DNA of 64,000 nt from Chloroflexota bacterium (GCA_030604825.1 JAUVVB010000006.1:5781-69780); one strand, 5' to 3'. Counted from the first letter of the stretch, positions 36,828-47,075 are shown. Numbers and translations are program-made. Notes: a model not told the origin generated them from the letters alone.

Positions 36828-38000
36828 TTATGTCAAGGCTTTTGCATGCCAGGCGCGAAGTCGCCTCACTGCCTCCTTCAGACGCTCATCAGGAACGGTG
36901 AGGGAGAGGCGAATATAGCCTTCTCCATGCTTTCCGTAGCCCACGCCAGGGGTTACCACAACCCCGGCCTCCTCCAGTAGCTTGGCGGTGAAATCCAGCG
37001 AGCTATAGCCCTGGGGGATCCTGGCCCAGATGTATAGGCTGGCGAGGGGAGGCCGGGCCTTTAGCCCGATCTCGCCTAAAGTCTGAAGCAGGAGGTCGCG
37101 GCGGCGCTGATATATGGCGTTGTGCTCCTCGATGCAATCCTGGGGGCCGGTCAGCGCCTCGATGGCTGCATGCTGGATGGCCTGGGGGATCCCCGAATCC
37201 AGGTTGGACTTTACCCTGGCCAGGGCATCCACTATGGTGGCATTTCCCACCACCATACCCACCCCCCACCCCGGCATATTATAGGGGTTGGAAAGGGAGT
37301 GAAATTCCACCCCCACGTCTCTTGCCCCTGTAGCCTGGAGGAAGCTAACCGGCCGGTAGCCATCGAAGGCAACTTCGGTATATGGCCCGTCATGGCAAAC
37401 GGCGAGGTCATATCTCTTGGCGAAAGCGACTACCCTGTCAAAGAAATCAAGGCCTGCCACCGCCGCAGTGGGATTGTTGGGATAGCTTATCCACAGGATT
37501 TTGGCCTTTCGAGCTATGTCTTGGGGTATGGCATCCAGATCGGGCAAAAACTCGTTCTCCTCGGTGAGAGGCATATAGTGCGAAAAACCGCCGGCGAACA
37601 TGGTGCCCATGCGGTAGACGGGGTATGCCGGGTCGGGCACCAGGGCGATATCTCCGTGGTCGATGAAGCAGAGGGCGATATGGGCTATTCCCTCCTTGGC
37701 CCCGATGAGGGGCAACACCTCCCTATCGGGATCAAGGGTGACGCCGAATCTAGCCTCATACCAATCGGCGATGGCGCGGCGCAGCTCGGGAAGCCCCTCC
37801 GACTCGGGGTAGCGATGGTTGGCCGGGTCGCGGGCTGCCTGACAAAGGCGCTCGATGACATGGTGAGGGGTGGGGATATCGGGGTCACCGATGGCCAGGC
37901 TGATCACATCCTCCCCCTTTGCCCTCTTCTGGGCGATCTTCCTCGATATCTCCACGAATAGATAGGGTGGCAGCTCCTGGATACGCTTCGCCATTCGCAT
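36828..38000 (-). CDS. dapL: class I/II PLP aminotransferase, LL-diaminopimelate aminotransferase-like (DapL)
   Basis: 390 aa with N-terminal 'LPPYLFVEI' and PLP-lysine region 'SFSKTYNMPGWRVG'-like ('SLSNPYNMPGWGVG'). Sits in a cluster with dapF. Confidence 0.6.
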   Translation of the reverse strand: MRMAKRIQELPPYLFVEISRKIAQKRAKGEDVISLAIGDPDIPTPHHVIERLCQAARDPANHRYPESEGLPELRRAIADWYEARFGVTLDPDREVLPLIGAKEGIAHIALCFIDHGDIALVPDPAYPVYRMGTMFAGGFSHYMPLTEENEFLPDLDAIPQDIARKAKILWISYPNNPTAAVAGLDFFDRVVAFAKRYDLAVCHDGPYTEVAFDGYRPVSFLQATGARDVGVEFHSLSNPYNMPGWGVGMVVGNATIVDALARVKSNLDSGIPQAIQHAAIEALTGPQDCIEEHNAIYQRRRDLLLQTLGEIGLKARPPLASLYIWARIPQGYSSLDFTAKLLEEAGVVVTPGVGYGKHGEGYIRLSLTVPDERLKEAVRRLRAWHAKALT

Positions 38001-38015
38001 TTTTTCGACCTCTAT

Positions 38016-38432
38016 TTAAGAGCCAAATTTGGCCTTCAAAGCCTCCAGCACATGCTCATCCCAGCTTGCCTGCTGCCAGGCCCTGGCACCTGAGATGTCA
38101 AGCTTTTCCACATCTATTTTAGCGCCACGGAAGTTGGCATCCTGCAGGTCAGTTCGCGCCAATATTGCGCCGGTTAGGTCGGCGCCGCTTAAATTGGCGC
38201 CGCGCAATCTAGCCCGGGTCAAATCTGCGCCCACCAGGCAAGCACCGGATAGGTCGGCATCGGTAAGGTCAGCGCCGTTCAGGTTGGCGTTTTTCAGATT
38301 TGCCCCGCTGAGGTCACAAGCAAGCATATCGGCCTGGACCAGAATGGCGTCCGATAGATCGACGCCGCTCAGCACCTCACCTCTAAAGTCGGCGCTTGCC
38401 AGGTTTGCTCCTGCCAGGTTTCTTTCGCTCAT
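38016..38432 (-). CDS. pentapeptide-repeat protein
   Basis: 138 aa, almost entirely tandem A(D/N)LxG pentapeptides ('ANLASADFRGEVLSGVDLSDAILVQADMLACDLSGANLKNANLNGADLTDADLSGACL...'). Confidence 0.7.
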   Translation of the reverse strand: MSERNLAGANLASADFRGEVLSGVDLSDAILVQADMLACDLSGANLKNANLNGADLTDADLSGACLVGADLTRARLRGANLSGADLTGAILARTDLQDANFRGAKIDVEKLDISGARAWQQASWDEHVLEALKAKFGS

Positions 38433-38478
38433 CTAGCCCTCCATCTATTTTAATTGCCCCAGCCCCTCATGTCCAACC

Positions 38479-39294
38479 CTAGCCGGGCCACTCGCCAACA
38501 AAGACCAAGTTGGCAGGCCCGCTCAACATCACCTCCCCCACCCCATCCCAATCCACAGTGAGATCGCCCCCAGGCAGCATTATATCGACATGACTCTCCA
38601 CGGCGTCATGAAGTCGGGCGGCGACAGCCACCGCGCAGGCTCCGCTGCCACAGGAGAGGGTCTCCCCTGCCCCACGCTCCCACACCCGCGCCCTCACCTT
38701 CTTTCGATCCAGAACGTTGGCAATTTCGAAGTTCACCCTGTTAGGAAAGATGGGATGGTTTTCCACCTCTGGCCCAAGCTCAAGAAGAGGAAAGCCTTCC
38801 ACTGCCTCCTCCAGGAAGCAGACGGCATGGGGATTGCCCAGGGAGAGGCAGGTGAGGAGCAGCGTTCTGTTTTGTATTGCCAGGGGATAGTCAATGATTA
38901 TGTCAAGTCCTTGCGCCAGCATTGGTATCTCCTCGGGCTTCAGGCGCGGCATTCCCATCTCTACCTGGATGCCTTCCTTGAGCGCCTTCACCCTCCTGAC
39001 TCCTCCTAGAGTTTCCACTGCCAGCTCCCCTTCTGCCATTCCCATCTCCATAGCATATATGGCGAGGCATCTCAGCCCGTTGCCGCAGGCCTCAGCCTCC
39101 GAGCCGTCGGGGTTGAACATCCTCATCCCCAGATCGGCGACCTTTGAGGGAAGCAAAAGGATGAGCCCATCGGCGCCCACGCCAAAGTGGCGTTGGCACA
39201 GGGATATGGCAAGCTGGGGCCAATCCCGCTGCATCTCCCCAGCTTCAATGAGGATGAAATCGTTTCCCGTGGCCTCAACTTTAGCGAATTTCAT
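38479..39294 (-). CDS. dapF: diaminopimelate epimerase
   Basis: 271 aa with 'FAKVEATGNDFILI' and the second active-site Cys region 'CGSGACAVAVAA'. Confidence 0.85.
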   Translation of the reverse strand: MKFAKVEATGNDFILIEAGEMQRDWPQLAISLCQRHFGVGADGLILLLPSKVADLGMRMFNPDGSEAEACGNGLRCLAIYAMEMGMAEGELAVETLGGVRRVKALKEGIQVEMGMPRLKPEEIPMLAQGLDIIIDYPLAIQNRTLLLTCLSLGNPHAVCFLEEAVEGFPLLELGPEVENHPIFPNRVNFEIANVLDRKKVRARVWERGAGETLSCGSGACAVAVAARLHDAVESHVDIMLPGGDLTVDWDGVGEVMLSGPANLVFVGEWPG

Positions 39295-39303
39295 CTTTTC
39301 GTC

Positions 39304-40218
39304 CTATTTCGCAGCAAATCCTCCGATGAGGCTCCTGATTGGCTCCCCGATCTCATCCCTTACGTCAAACCACTGAATCCCCTCGTCCTTGGGGCGAAAC
39401 CAGGCATATTGATGGCGGGCTATGCGGTGAGTCTCGAACTTTGTTCGCTGCACCGCTTCGGCCAGGTCTATCTCTCCCCTGAGATACTGCCCTATCTGGC
39501 TGTAGCCAACCCCTGACATCGCAGGCAGGTCAAAGCCATAGCCCATGTTGAGCAGCCCCTCCACTTCCTGAACCAACCCCCGCTCTATCATGCCATCGAC
39601 GCGAGAATCTATCCTGCAATACAGGTCCCCTCTATCAGTGGTAAGCCCGATGACCAGGGTCCGAAAAGGGGGCTCGCTTCTTTGAAGCTCAGAAAAGGGG
39701 ACGCCGGCGTGCCTTGAGACCTCGATAGCCCTGATCAGGCGGCGGATATTGTGAGGGTCGATTCTCCTTGCCGCTTCGGGGTCGCTCTGCTTCAGCTCCT
39801 CATAGAGCGCCATACAACCTTCCCTTGCCGCTCTCTGCTCCAAGCCGCGCCGTAGCTCAGCATCGGGGGGAACCTGAGGGATGTGAAACCCCCCGATCAC
39901 CGCCCTGACATAGAGGCCGCTGCCACCGACCAGGAGCGCCAGCTTCCCCCTTTGCTGGATATCCTCCACCGCCCGGTATGCCATCTGCTGATAAAGGGCG
40001 AGGTTAAAATCCTCATCGGGATCTACCACATCGATAAGATGATGAGGGACGAGGGCGCGCTCCTTGGGGGTTGGCTTGGCCGTGCCGATGTCCATATAGC
40101 GATAGACCTGGCGGCTGTCGGCATTCACGATCTCGCCGTGGAAGAGTTGAGCCAGATGAATTGCCAGCTTGCTCTTTCCCACCGCGGTGGGGCCCACGAT
40201 AGCAACCAGGTGGCTCAT
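39304..40218 (-). CDS. miaA: tRNA dimethylallyltransferase
   Basis: 'VAIVGPTAVGKSKLAIHLAQ' P-loop and 'VNADSRQVYRYMDIGTAKP'. Confidence 0.85.
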   Translation of the reverse strand: MSHLVAIVGPTAVGKSKLAIHLAQLFHGEIVNADSRQVYRYMDIGTAKPTPKERALVPHHLIDVVDPDEDFNLALYQQMAYRAVEDIQQRGKLALLVGGSGLYVRAVIGGFHIPQVPPDAELRRGLEQRAAREGCMALYEELKQSDPEAARRIDPHNIRRLIRAIEVSRHAGVPFSELQRSEPPFRTLVIGLTTDRGDLYCRIDSRVDGMIERGLVQEVEGLLNMGYGFDLPAMSGVGYSQIGQYLRGEIDLAEAVQRTKFETHRIARHQYAWFRPKDEGIQWFDVRDEIGEPIRSLIGGFAAK

Positions 40219-40979
40219 TTCCCCTTCTTGATGGCCGCTGACTGCTCCGCAATGCTCAAGAATTCCTCTGCCTTGATGCTTGCTCCCCCTACCAGGGCGC
40301 CATCGATCTCCGGCTGTTCTATAAAGCCAGCGATATTGGATGCGGTCACGCTGCCTCCATAGAGGATACGCACCCCCTGAGCCACCTCTTCACCATAAAG
40401 CTCGGCCAGCCGGCGGCGAAGTAGCGCGATGGTCTCGTTGGAATCATGCGGGGTTGCCGCTTTACCGGTGCCGATGGCCCATATCGGCTCATAGGCGATG
40501 ACCAATCCCTGGGGCGAGCTGATCCCCTCCAGCGCCCCTCTCACCTGCCTGGTGACCACCTCCTCGGTCTTTCCCGCCTCCTTCTCCTCCAGCCTCTCGC
40601 CAAGGCACAGGATGGGCATTAACCCCGCCTTGAGCGCCGCTTTAACCTTTTTGTTCACCACCTGGTCAGTCTCGCCGAAGTATTGCCTGCGCTCTGAGTG
40701 CCCCAGAATAACGTAATCGCAAAGCGCGGAAAGCATCAGTGGGGAGACCTCTCCGGTATAGGCCCCCTCCTCCTCGAAATACATATTCTGCGCCCCAAGC
40801 CTTATCGAGGTCCCCTGGATAATTTGCCTTATCACTGCCAGGGAAATGAAAGGGGGGCAAACCACCTTCTCTATGCCCTCCATGCGGTCAAGCCTCTCCT
40901 TCATCTGCCTCACCAGGGCGGAGGCTTCAGCCACTGTGGTATGCATCTTCCAGTTGCCGGCGATAAACGGTGTTCTCAT
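40215..40979 (-). CDS. tpiA: triose-phosphate isomerase
   Basis: 'RTPFIAGNWKMH', 'CPPF', 'ILGHSERR', 'AYEPIWAIGTGK' and 'ILYGGSV' motifs. Start at MRTPF (40979). The 402-aa track ORF (to 41423) is an upstream read-through overlapping apgM. Confidence 0.8.
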   Translation of the reverse strand: MRTPFIAGNWKMHTTVAEASALVRQMKERLDRMEGIEKVVCPPFISLAVIRQIIQGTSIRLGAQNMYFEEEGAYTGEVSPLMLSALCDYVILGHSERRQYFGETDQVVNKKVKAALKAGLMPILCLGERLEEKEAGKTEEVVTRQVRGALEGISSPQGLVIAYEPIWAIGTGKAATPHDSNETIALLRRRLAELYGEEVAQGVRILYGGSVTASNIAGFIEQPEIDGALVGGASIKAEEFLSIAEQSAAIKKGK

Positions 40980-40980
40980 C

Positions 40981-42186
40981 TCAGGCTCCAAATTTCTTAA
41001 GCTTGAGGGCGTTGGCCAGGGCCAGGGGCATAACATCGGTAGCGGGGAACCTTCCCATAGACCCAAAGCTACAGGCTCTCTCCGAGAACTGCTCCACCCC
41101 ATCGGGGCGGCACCATCGGGAGCGGAGAAGGAAGGGAAGGGGGTGCCAACTATGCCCTTTGAGCAATGCCGGGGTGGAATGATCCCCGGTGACGATGATG
41201 ACATCCGGGTCGAGGGCGATGAGTCGAGGAAGGGCAGCATCCACCTCCTCGATGACCCGAGCCTTTCGGTCGAAGTCGCCGTCCTCGCCAGCCATATCGG
41301 TCTCCTTAATATGGATGAAGAAGTAATCATAGCTATCATAATTCTGAGCCAGGGTGGCGAGCTCCTCCTCGATGCTAGCCCCGGTGGGCAGGACCTCCAT
41401 GCCCACGACCTTGGCCAGCCCACGATACATGGGATAAGGGGCGATGGCAGCGGCCCTTAGTTTATAGACCTCGCTCATGGGGGGAAATTGGGGGTAGCGG
41501 GAAAAGCCCCTGAGCAGCACCATGTTGGTGGGGTATTGGTCAGCCAATGTAGCCTTCGCCTTGGCCACAAATTCATTGGCAATACTGGCAGCCTTAGCCG
41601 CCCCTGAAGAAAGGGGAACCACAGCCTTGGGCTCAACCCCCACCTGCTGAGGGTCGGAATCGCTCAGCTCGCTGGAGAGCCCTTCCCCGCGGAAAACGGC
41701 CACAAAGCGATGCTCCTTCACCGGCAGGACGAAAAGCGTCACCCCTTCTATGGTAAGTCCATCCAGCATGCGGCATAACTGGGAGCACCTCTGGGTGGAG
41801 ATGCGCCCGGCGCGGCGATCGGTGACCAGGCCGCTTCCATCGACGGTGCAGAAGTTCCCCCGGGCAGCAACATCCCTTTCCTCGAACTGGAAGTCTATGC
41901 CCAGGGCCTCCAAGACGCCACGCCCCACCATAAACCTCAACGGGTCGTATCCGAAGAGGGCGAGATGACCGGGGGCGCTTCCGGGGGTAATCCCCGGGCT
42001 CACCGGATCCATCAGTCCACAGATTCCATCCTTTGCCAGGGCATCGAGGTTTGGGGTTGTGGCCGACTCCAGCTCCGTCCTTCCCGTCTGGGGATGGGGC
42101 AGCCCCCCCAGGCCATCGATGATCAGAAGCACGATCTTTGAGGGGGTGGAGCTGGCAATGTCCTTAATCTGGTCAAGCCCGATCAT
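40981..42186 (-). CDS. apgM: 2,3-bisphosphoglycerate-independent phosphoglycerate mutase, archaeal type (ApgM)
   Basis: 401 aa with 'IVLLIIDGLGG' N-terminus and alkaline-phosphatase-superfamily metal-binding residues ('IVTGDHSTP'). Confidence 0.8.
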   Translation of the reverse strand: MIGLDQIKDIASSTPSKIVLLIIDGLGGLPHPQTGRTELESATTPNLDALAKDGICGLMDPVSPGITPGSAPGHLALFGYDPLRFMVGRGVLEALGIDFQFEERDVAARGNFCTVDGSGLVTDRRAGRISTQRCSQLCRMLDGLTIEGVTLFVLPVKEHRFVAVFRGEGLSSELSDSDPQQVGVEPKAVVPLSSGAAKAASIANEFVAKAKATLADQYPTNMVLLRGFSRYPQFPPMSEVYKLRAAAIAPYPMYRGLAKVVGMEVLPTGASIEEELATLAQNYDSYDYFFIHIKETDMAGEDGDFDRKARVIEEVDAALPRLIALDPDVIIVTGDHSTPALLKGHSWHPLPFLLRSRWCRPDGVEQFSERACSFGSMGRFPATDVMPLALANALKLKKFGA

Positions 42187-43379
42187 CGGCTCTCCTTATC
42201 CAGGAGAACTGCCATCCCGGGGAGGGTTTTCCCCTCGAGGATTCTCAGCGATGCCCCTCCCCCCGTGGAGACATGGGTTATCTTTTCCACCAGGCCCATC
42301 TCCTGAACCGCCTCGGCGGTGGAGCCGCCGCCGATGATGGTGATGGCATCCAGGCCTGCCAGCAGGTGGGCGATGGCAGCGGTGCCCTTGGCGAACTTGG
42401 GGAACTCAAAGACGCCCACCGGGCCATTCCAGATAATGGTCTTGCATTTGCGCAGCTTCGCCTCAAAGAGCTCGATGGTTTTGGGGCCGATGTCCATAAC
42501 ATACCACCCCGCAGGTACGCTGGCGATGGGAACCACCTTGGAACGGGCATCAGCACCAAACCGGTCAGCAACCACCACATCGGAGGGCAAAAGGAGATGA
42601 ACCCCTTTTTGTGCTGCCTTCTCCACCAGCCACTGCGCCAGGTCAAGCTTGTCTTCCTTCACCATGGATCGGCCGACATCGTATTTCAACGCCCTGAGGA
42701 AGGTGGAGCCAAGGCCCCCGGCAATGAGCACGGAATCAACCCTTTCCAGCACATACTCCAGAACGCCTATCTTGTCGCTTATCTTCGCCCCTCCAATGAG
42801 GGCACCCAGGGGGCGCTCAGGCTCATCCAGCGCCTTTGTCATGATATCGATCTCCTTTTCCATCAGGAAGCCGGCCACCGCTGGCAGATAGCTGGCAATG
42901 CCCACCGTGGAGGCGTGCGAGCGGTGGGCAGCGCCAAAGGCATCGTTGACAGAGACATCGGCCAGCCGAGCCAGCGCCTGGGCAAAGCCGGGGTCGTTCT
43001 GCTCCTCCTCGGGGTGAAAGCGGAGGTTCTCCAGGAGAAGGAGCTCACCTTCCTTAAGCTTTGTCACTGCCTCCTCCACCTCGGGGCCAATGCAATCCTT
43101 TGCCATTTTCACTGGGGCGCCGATGAGTTGGGACAGTCGCTCCCCTACCGGGGCGAGCCTGAGCTTCTCCACCACCTTCCCCTGGGGACGCCCGAAATGG
43201 GAGCAAAGGATTATCTTCGCCTTACTATCCATGAGATAACGGATGGTGGGGAGCACTGCCATAATTCGGGTGTCATCGGTGATCTGGCCGCTCTCCTCAT
43301 CTATGGGAACGTTGAAATCAACCCTGATCAGAACCCTTTTGCCGCTGACATCGATATCCCTGACGGTTTTCTTGTTCAT
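42183..43379 (-). CDS. pgk: phosphoglycerate kinase
   Basis: 398 aa with 'VLIRVDFNVP' and 'SHFGRPQGK'. Confidence 0.9.
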   Translation of the reverse strand: MNKKTVRDIDVSGKRVLIRVDFNVPIDEESGQITDDTRIMAVLPTIRYLMDSKAKIILCSHFGRPQGKVVEKLRLAPVGERLSQLIGAPVKMAKDCIGPEVEEAVTKLKEGELLLLENLRFHPEEEQNDPGFAQALARLADVSVNDAFGAAHRSHASTVGIASYLPAVAGFLMEKEIDIMTKALDEPERPLGALIGGAKISDKIGVLEYVLERVDSVLIAGGLGSTFLRALKYDVGRSMVKEDKLDLAQWLVEKAAQKGVHLLLPSDVVVADRFGADARSKVVPIASVPAGWYVMDIGPKTIELFEAKLRKCKTIIWNGPVGVFEFPKFAKGTAAIAHLLAGLDAITIIGGGSTAEAVQEMGLVEKITHVSTGGGASLRILEGKTLPGMAVLLDKESR

Positions 43380-44161
43380 CTACCCTCCTTGTGGATATCC
43401 TCCAGCCTTTGCTTTATCCTTCTCGCTTCCTCCACCGCCTTTGGGTCAGCATCAAAGACGCCCATCCCCTTCAGATCGGCCTCGATGATCTTGGGACTAT
43501 AGTTTATGAAGCCCAGCACCTCATAATCGGGCATGCTTTCGACGATAAAACGGCGCTCATCATCGCTTCTGGTCTTTGAGCCAACGACGTAGCATCTCTT
43601 GATGCCCAGGTCCTTTGCCAGGCTGGTGATCGCCTCCGCTGTCTGGATGCTCCTCCTGCCCGGCTCAACTACGATGATAAAGGCATTCACCGCATGAGCT
43701 GTCCCCCGACCCAGATGCTCCACCCCGGCATCCATGTCCAGGATCACCACCTCAGACTCCCGGAGCAGCAGGTGGTTCATCAGGTTCCTCAGCAAAGCGC
43801 TCTCGGGGCACATACAGCCGCCACCCCCCTTCTTCACCGTGCCCATGATGAGGAGCTTCACCCCGTTTATGGTTGCCGAAAACCTGTCCGGGATGTCGTC
43901 AACTCTAGGATTAAGCTTGAAGAAGGGGACTTGGGCACCTGGCTTCGCTCCAGTGCGCTCCTCGACCAGGTCCTTCATCTCGGCGATGGGGGTAATCCTT
44001 CTTGCCTCATCCTGGGGGAGGCCAAGGGCTGAGGCGAGGTTGGCATCGGGGTTGGCATCTATGGCCAACACCGTATTGCCTTCAGCGGCGTAAAGCCTTG
44101 CCAATAGGCTGGCCACGGTGGTCTTGCCCACGCCGCCCTTCCCCGTGATCGCCAGCTTCAT
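43376..44161 (-). CDS. CooC/AcsF-family P-loop ATPase (second copy; MinD/ParA superfamily, CxC metal site)
   Basis: 'LAITGKGGVGKTT' deviant Walker A and 'GGGCMCPE' CxC motif, as in Ni-insertases for CODH/ACS. Confidence 0.7.
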   Translation of the reverse strand: MKLAITGKGGVGKTTVASLLARLYAAEGNTVLAIDANPDANLASALGLPQDEARRITPIAEMKDLVEERTGAKPGAQVPFFKLNPRVDDIPDRFSATINGVKLLIMGTVKKGGGGCMCPESALLRNLMNHLLLRESEVVILDMDAGVEHLGRGTAHAVNAFIIVVEPGRRSIQTAEAITSLAKDLGIKRCYVVGSKTRSDDERRFIVESMPDYEVLGFINYSPKIIEADLKGMGVFDADPKAVEEARRIKQRLEDIHKEGR

Positions 44162-44177
44162 CTTTTTTCACCCCTTT

Positions 44178-45185
44178 TCAATATTCCCGCTCCACCAGGA
44201 AGGTGGTTACCTCCCTCAGCTCCTCTTTGGCTTTGGGGGAAAGCTCCGCCCCATCAAGCTCCACCAGCGCCTCCCGATAGTAATCTTTAGCCTTCTCCCG
44301 GCAATACTCCCTAGCTCCGAGGTGTTCCAGGATCTGAATCACCTTATCGACGTCCTCAGCATCCACCGCCCCTTTCCCATAGATGCTCAACAGCCCCTCC
44401 CTTTCCTTTCCCCCTGCTTCCTTCAAGGCATAGAGCACGGGGAGGGTCTTCTTTTTCCTCCTGATATCGCTGGGTGAGGAATCGCCCCAGATGCCGAGGA
44501 TGTCGTCCTGAATCTGATAGGCCAGCCCCAGCTTTCTGCCCAGGCGGCGAAACCTCTGCACCAGGCTCTCGTCCTCGGTGCCCAATAGAGCACCAAGCTC
44601 AAAGGAACAGCCGATGAGGGCAGCGGTCTTGCGGTCGATCATGTCCAAATAGGCATCGAGATTTACGTCAAACCTGCTCTCATAGGAAATGTCCAGATAC
44701 TGCCCCTGGCAAAGCTCAAGGCAGGCCTCATCTAGGATGCGGGCTGCCCTGATGACCCTCCCCGGGCTAGCCCCCCTCCCCTCCAGCCTCAACATGGCAA
44801 GGCCAGCCAGGGCATGCATGGCATCCCCGGCATTTATTGCCTGCGCCTCGCCCCATAGCCGCCACAGGGTGGCTCGATGGCGGCGCTCCTCGTCGGCATC
44901 CTCGATGTCGTCGTGAATCAGGGAGAAATTGTGGAGCAGCTCCACCGCCGCCGCTGCGGGAAGGGCAACCCGCCACTGGCCCCCCACCGCCTCACAGGAG
45001 AGGAGGCACAGGGTGGGGCGCACCAGCTTGCCACCCTCGCCCTTGCGGGGGTGACCCTCCTCATCGACCCAACCCAGGTGGTAGCGCATCATGTGGTAGA
45101 GAGCCGAGCTATTGCTGCCAAGGACGGAGGCTAGCTCGGTGGCGATTTCCCCTCGGTAGCGATGAAAAGCCTGGGGCAGTTCCAT
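44178..45185 (-). CDS. polyprenyl diphosphate synthase (trans-isoprenyl diphosphate synthase family, GGPPS-like)
   Basis: First and second Asp-rich motifs 'LIHDDIEDADEERRHR' and 'FQIQDDILG'. Confidence 0.8.
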   Translation of the reverse strand: MELPQAFHRYRGEIATELASVLGSNSSALYHMMRYHLGWVDEEGHPRKGEGGKLVRPTLCLLSCEAVGGQWRVALPAAAAVELLHNFSLIHDDIEDADEERRHRATLWRLWGEAQAINAGDAMHALAGLAMLRLEGRGASPGRVIRAARILDEACLELCQGQYLDISYESRFDVNLDAYLDMIDRKTAALIGCSFELGALLGTEDESLVQRFRRLGRKLGLAYQIQDDILGIWGDSSPSDIRRKKKTLPVLYALKEAGGKEREGLLSIYGKGAVDAEDVDKVIQILEHLGAREYCREKAKDYYREALVELDGAELSPKAKEELREVTTFLVEREY

Positions 45186-45194
45186 AGATCAAAC

Positions 45195-47075
45195 TCATCC
45201 TGTGGGCTTGGCCTTTAGCGGATGGCTGAGCTCGGGGAAGGAGGTGAGAACCCGATTCGCTATCCCCTCAGCATCCAGATGGTACTTGGCGCGGAGCGTT
45301 GCCTGAGGTCCATGCTCCACGAACTGGTCGGGGAGCCCGATGCACTCCACCTTTAGCCCGGGAATACCGCTCAGAAGCCCAACCACAGCACTGCCAAAGC
45401 CGCCCCAGAGGGCATTCTCCTCAACGGTAACCACCCTTTTGGTATCACCGGCTAGATCCAGGATCAGGGAGGAGTCGAGGGGCTTGGCAAATCGGGCATT
45501 TACCACGGTGCATTCTATCCCCTTCCCCGCCAGCCTTTGGGCTGCCTCCAGGGAAGAGGCCACGCTAACCCCGATGGCAAGAATCGCCACATCCCCTCCC
45601 TGCCTGAGCACCTCTCCCTTTCCGATGGGGATTTCCCGGAGTTCCTCATCCAGGGCCACCCCCAGGGTGGAACCCCTGGGATAGCGCAGGGCAAAGGGGC
45701 GATTTGCCCTCACCGCGGTATAGAGCAGGTGCTGAAGCTCGTTTTCATCCTTAGGGGCGGCGACCACCATATTGGGGATAAAGGCGAGGTAGGAAAGGTC
45801 GAAGGCTCCCTGATGGGTCTTGCCATCCTCGCCCACAATGCCACCGCGATCGATGGCGAAGATCACCGGCAGCTCCTGGATGCAGACATCGTGGATTATC
45901 TGATCCACGGCCCGCTGCAGGAATGTAGAATATATGGCGACGACGGGGATATAGCCCTGGGTGGCAAGCCCGGCGGCAAAGGTAACGGCGTGCTGCTCGC
46001 AGATGCCCACATCGAAGACCCTATCCGGAAATTCAGCGGCCACCATGCTGAGCTCGGTGCCCTCACCCATGGCCGCGGTGATGGCCACTATTTTGGGGTT
46101 CTCCCTGGCCAGCCGGAGCAACGTTCTGCCGAAAACCTGGCTATAGGAAAGGGAGGCCTTCTTGCCCGTGGTGGGCGAAATGCCATGAAAGCCGATGGCA
46201 TCCTCCTCTGCGGGGCTATGCCCCTTTCCTTTCTGGGTGATCACGTGGACCAGGGTTGGCCCATGGGAGTGGTCCCTAACCTGGGAAAGGGCCGCTTCCA
46301 GCTCGGCGATGTCATGCCCATCTATGGGCCCGATATACGAAAACCCCAGCTCCTCCCAGAAAACGGAGGGGATGATCATACCCTTAAACCCCTTCTTGAC
46401 CCTTGCCCCCACTTCCCAGACCCGGGTTCCCAGGGGAAGCTTCACCACCGCCTGCTTTGCCTCTTCTTTGGCCTGGTGGTAGCGGCGGTCCAGCCTGAGT
46501 CGATAGAAGAGCTTTGATAGGCCACCAACGCTGGGGGAAATGGCCATCCCATTATCGTTGAGCACCACGATGAGCCTTGTGCCCAGATGCCCCGCCTGGT
46601 TCAGCGCCTCGAAGGCCATCCCCCCCGTCATGGCTCCATCTCCTATAACCGCCACCACATGATGGCTTTCCCCCGCCAGATCGCGAGCGATGCCCATGCC
46701 CAGCGCCGCTGAGATGGAGGTGCTGGCATGCCCGGTACCGAAGGAATCATGGGGGCTCTCGGCCCTCTCGGGGAAGCCACTGAGCCCACCATGCTGGCGA
46801 ATGGTGGGAAAGAGTCCCTTGCGCCCGGTGAGCAGCTTATGGGCATAGCTTTGATGGCCTACATCCCAAACGATCTTATCCTGAGGGCTGTTGAAGCACC
46901 GGTGTAAGGCGATGGTGAGCTCCACCACCCCGAGGCTGGCGGCGAGATGACCACCCTTGGCGGTCACTATGTCCACAATATCATGGCGAATCTCAGCAGC
47001 AAGCTGGTTCAGCTCCGCCATGCTCAATCCCTTTAGGTCCTCAGGCTGGTCGACGCTATCCAATATGCGAGACAT
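45195..47075 (-). CDS. dxs: 1-deoxy-D-xylulose-5-phosphate synthase
   Basis: TPP-binding 'GDGAMTGGMAFEALN' and 'HQGAFDLSYLAFIPNMVV'. Start taken at MSRILD (47075). The ORF track begins at 47093. Confidence 0.9.
   Translation of the reverse strand: MSRILDSVDQPEDLKGLSMAELNQLAAEIRHDIVDIVTAKGGHLAASLGVVELTIALHRCFNSPQDKIVWDVGHQSYAHKLLTGRKGLFPTIRQHGGLSGFPERAESPHDSFGTGHASTSISAALGMGIARDLAGESHHVVAVIGDGAMTGGMAFEALNQAGHLGTRLIVVLNDNGMAISPSVGGLSKLFYRLRLDRRYHQAKEEAKQAVVKLPLGTRVWEVGARVKKGFKGMIIPSVFWEELGFSYIGPIDGHDIAELEAALSQVRDHSHGPTLVHVITQKGKGHSPAEEDAIGFHGISPTTGKKASLSYSQVFGRTLLRLARENPKIVAITAAMGEGTELSMVAAEFPDRVFDVGICEQHAVTFAAGLATQGYIPVVAIYSTFLQRAVDQIIHDVCIQELPVIFAIDRGGIVGEDGKTHQGAFDLSYLAFIPNMVVAAPKDENELQHLLYTAVRANRPFALRYPRGSTLGVALDEELREIPIGKGEVLRQGGDVAILAIGVSVASSLEAAQRLAGKGIECTVVNARFAKPLDSSLILDLAGDTKRVVTVEENALWGGFGSAVVGLLSGIPGLKVECIGLPDQFVEHGPQATLRAKYHLDAEGIANRVLTSFPELSHPLKAKPTG

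Noticed and set aside
40980-41423. 402-aa ORF suggesting a long N-terminal extension on triose-phosphate isomerase
   Set aside because: The first 148 codons overlap the 3' end of apgM in another frame and have no TIM homology. The true start is the MRTPFIAGNWKMH Met at 40979.
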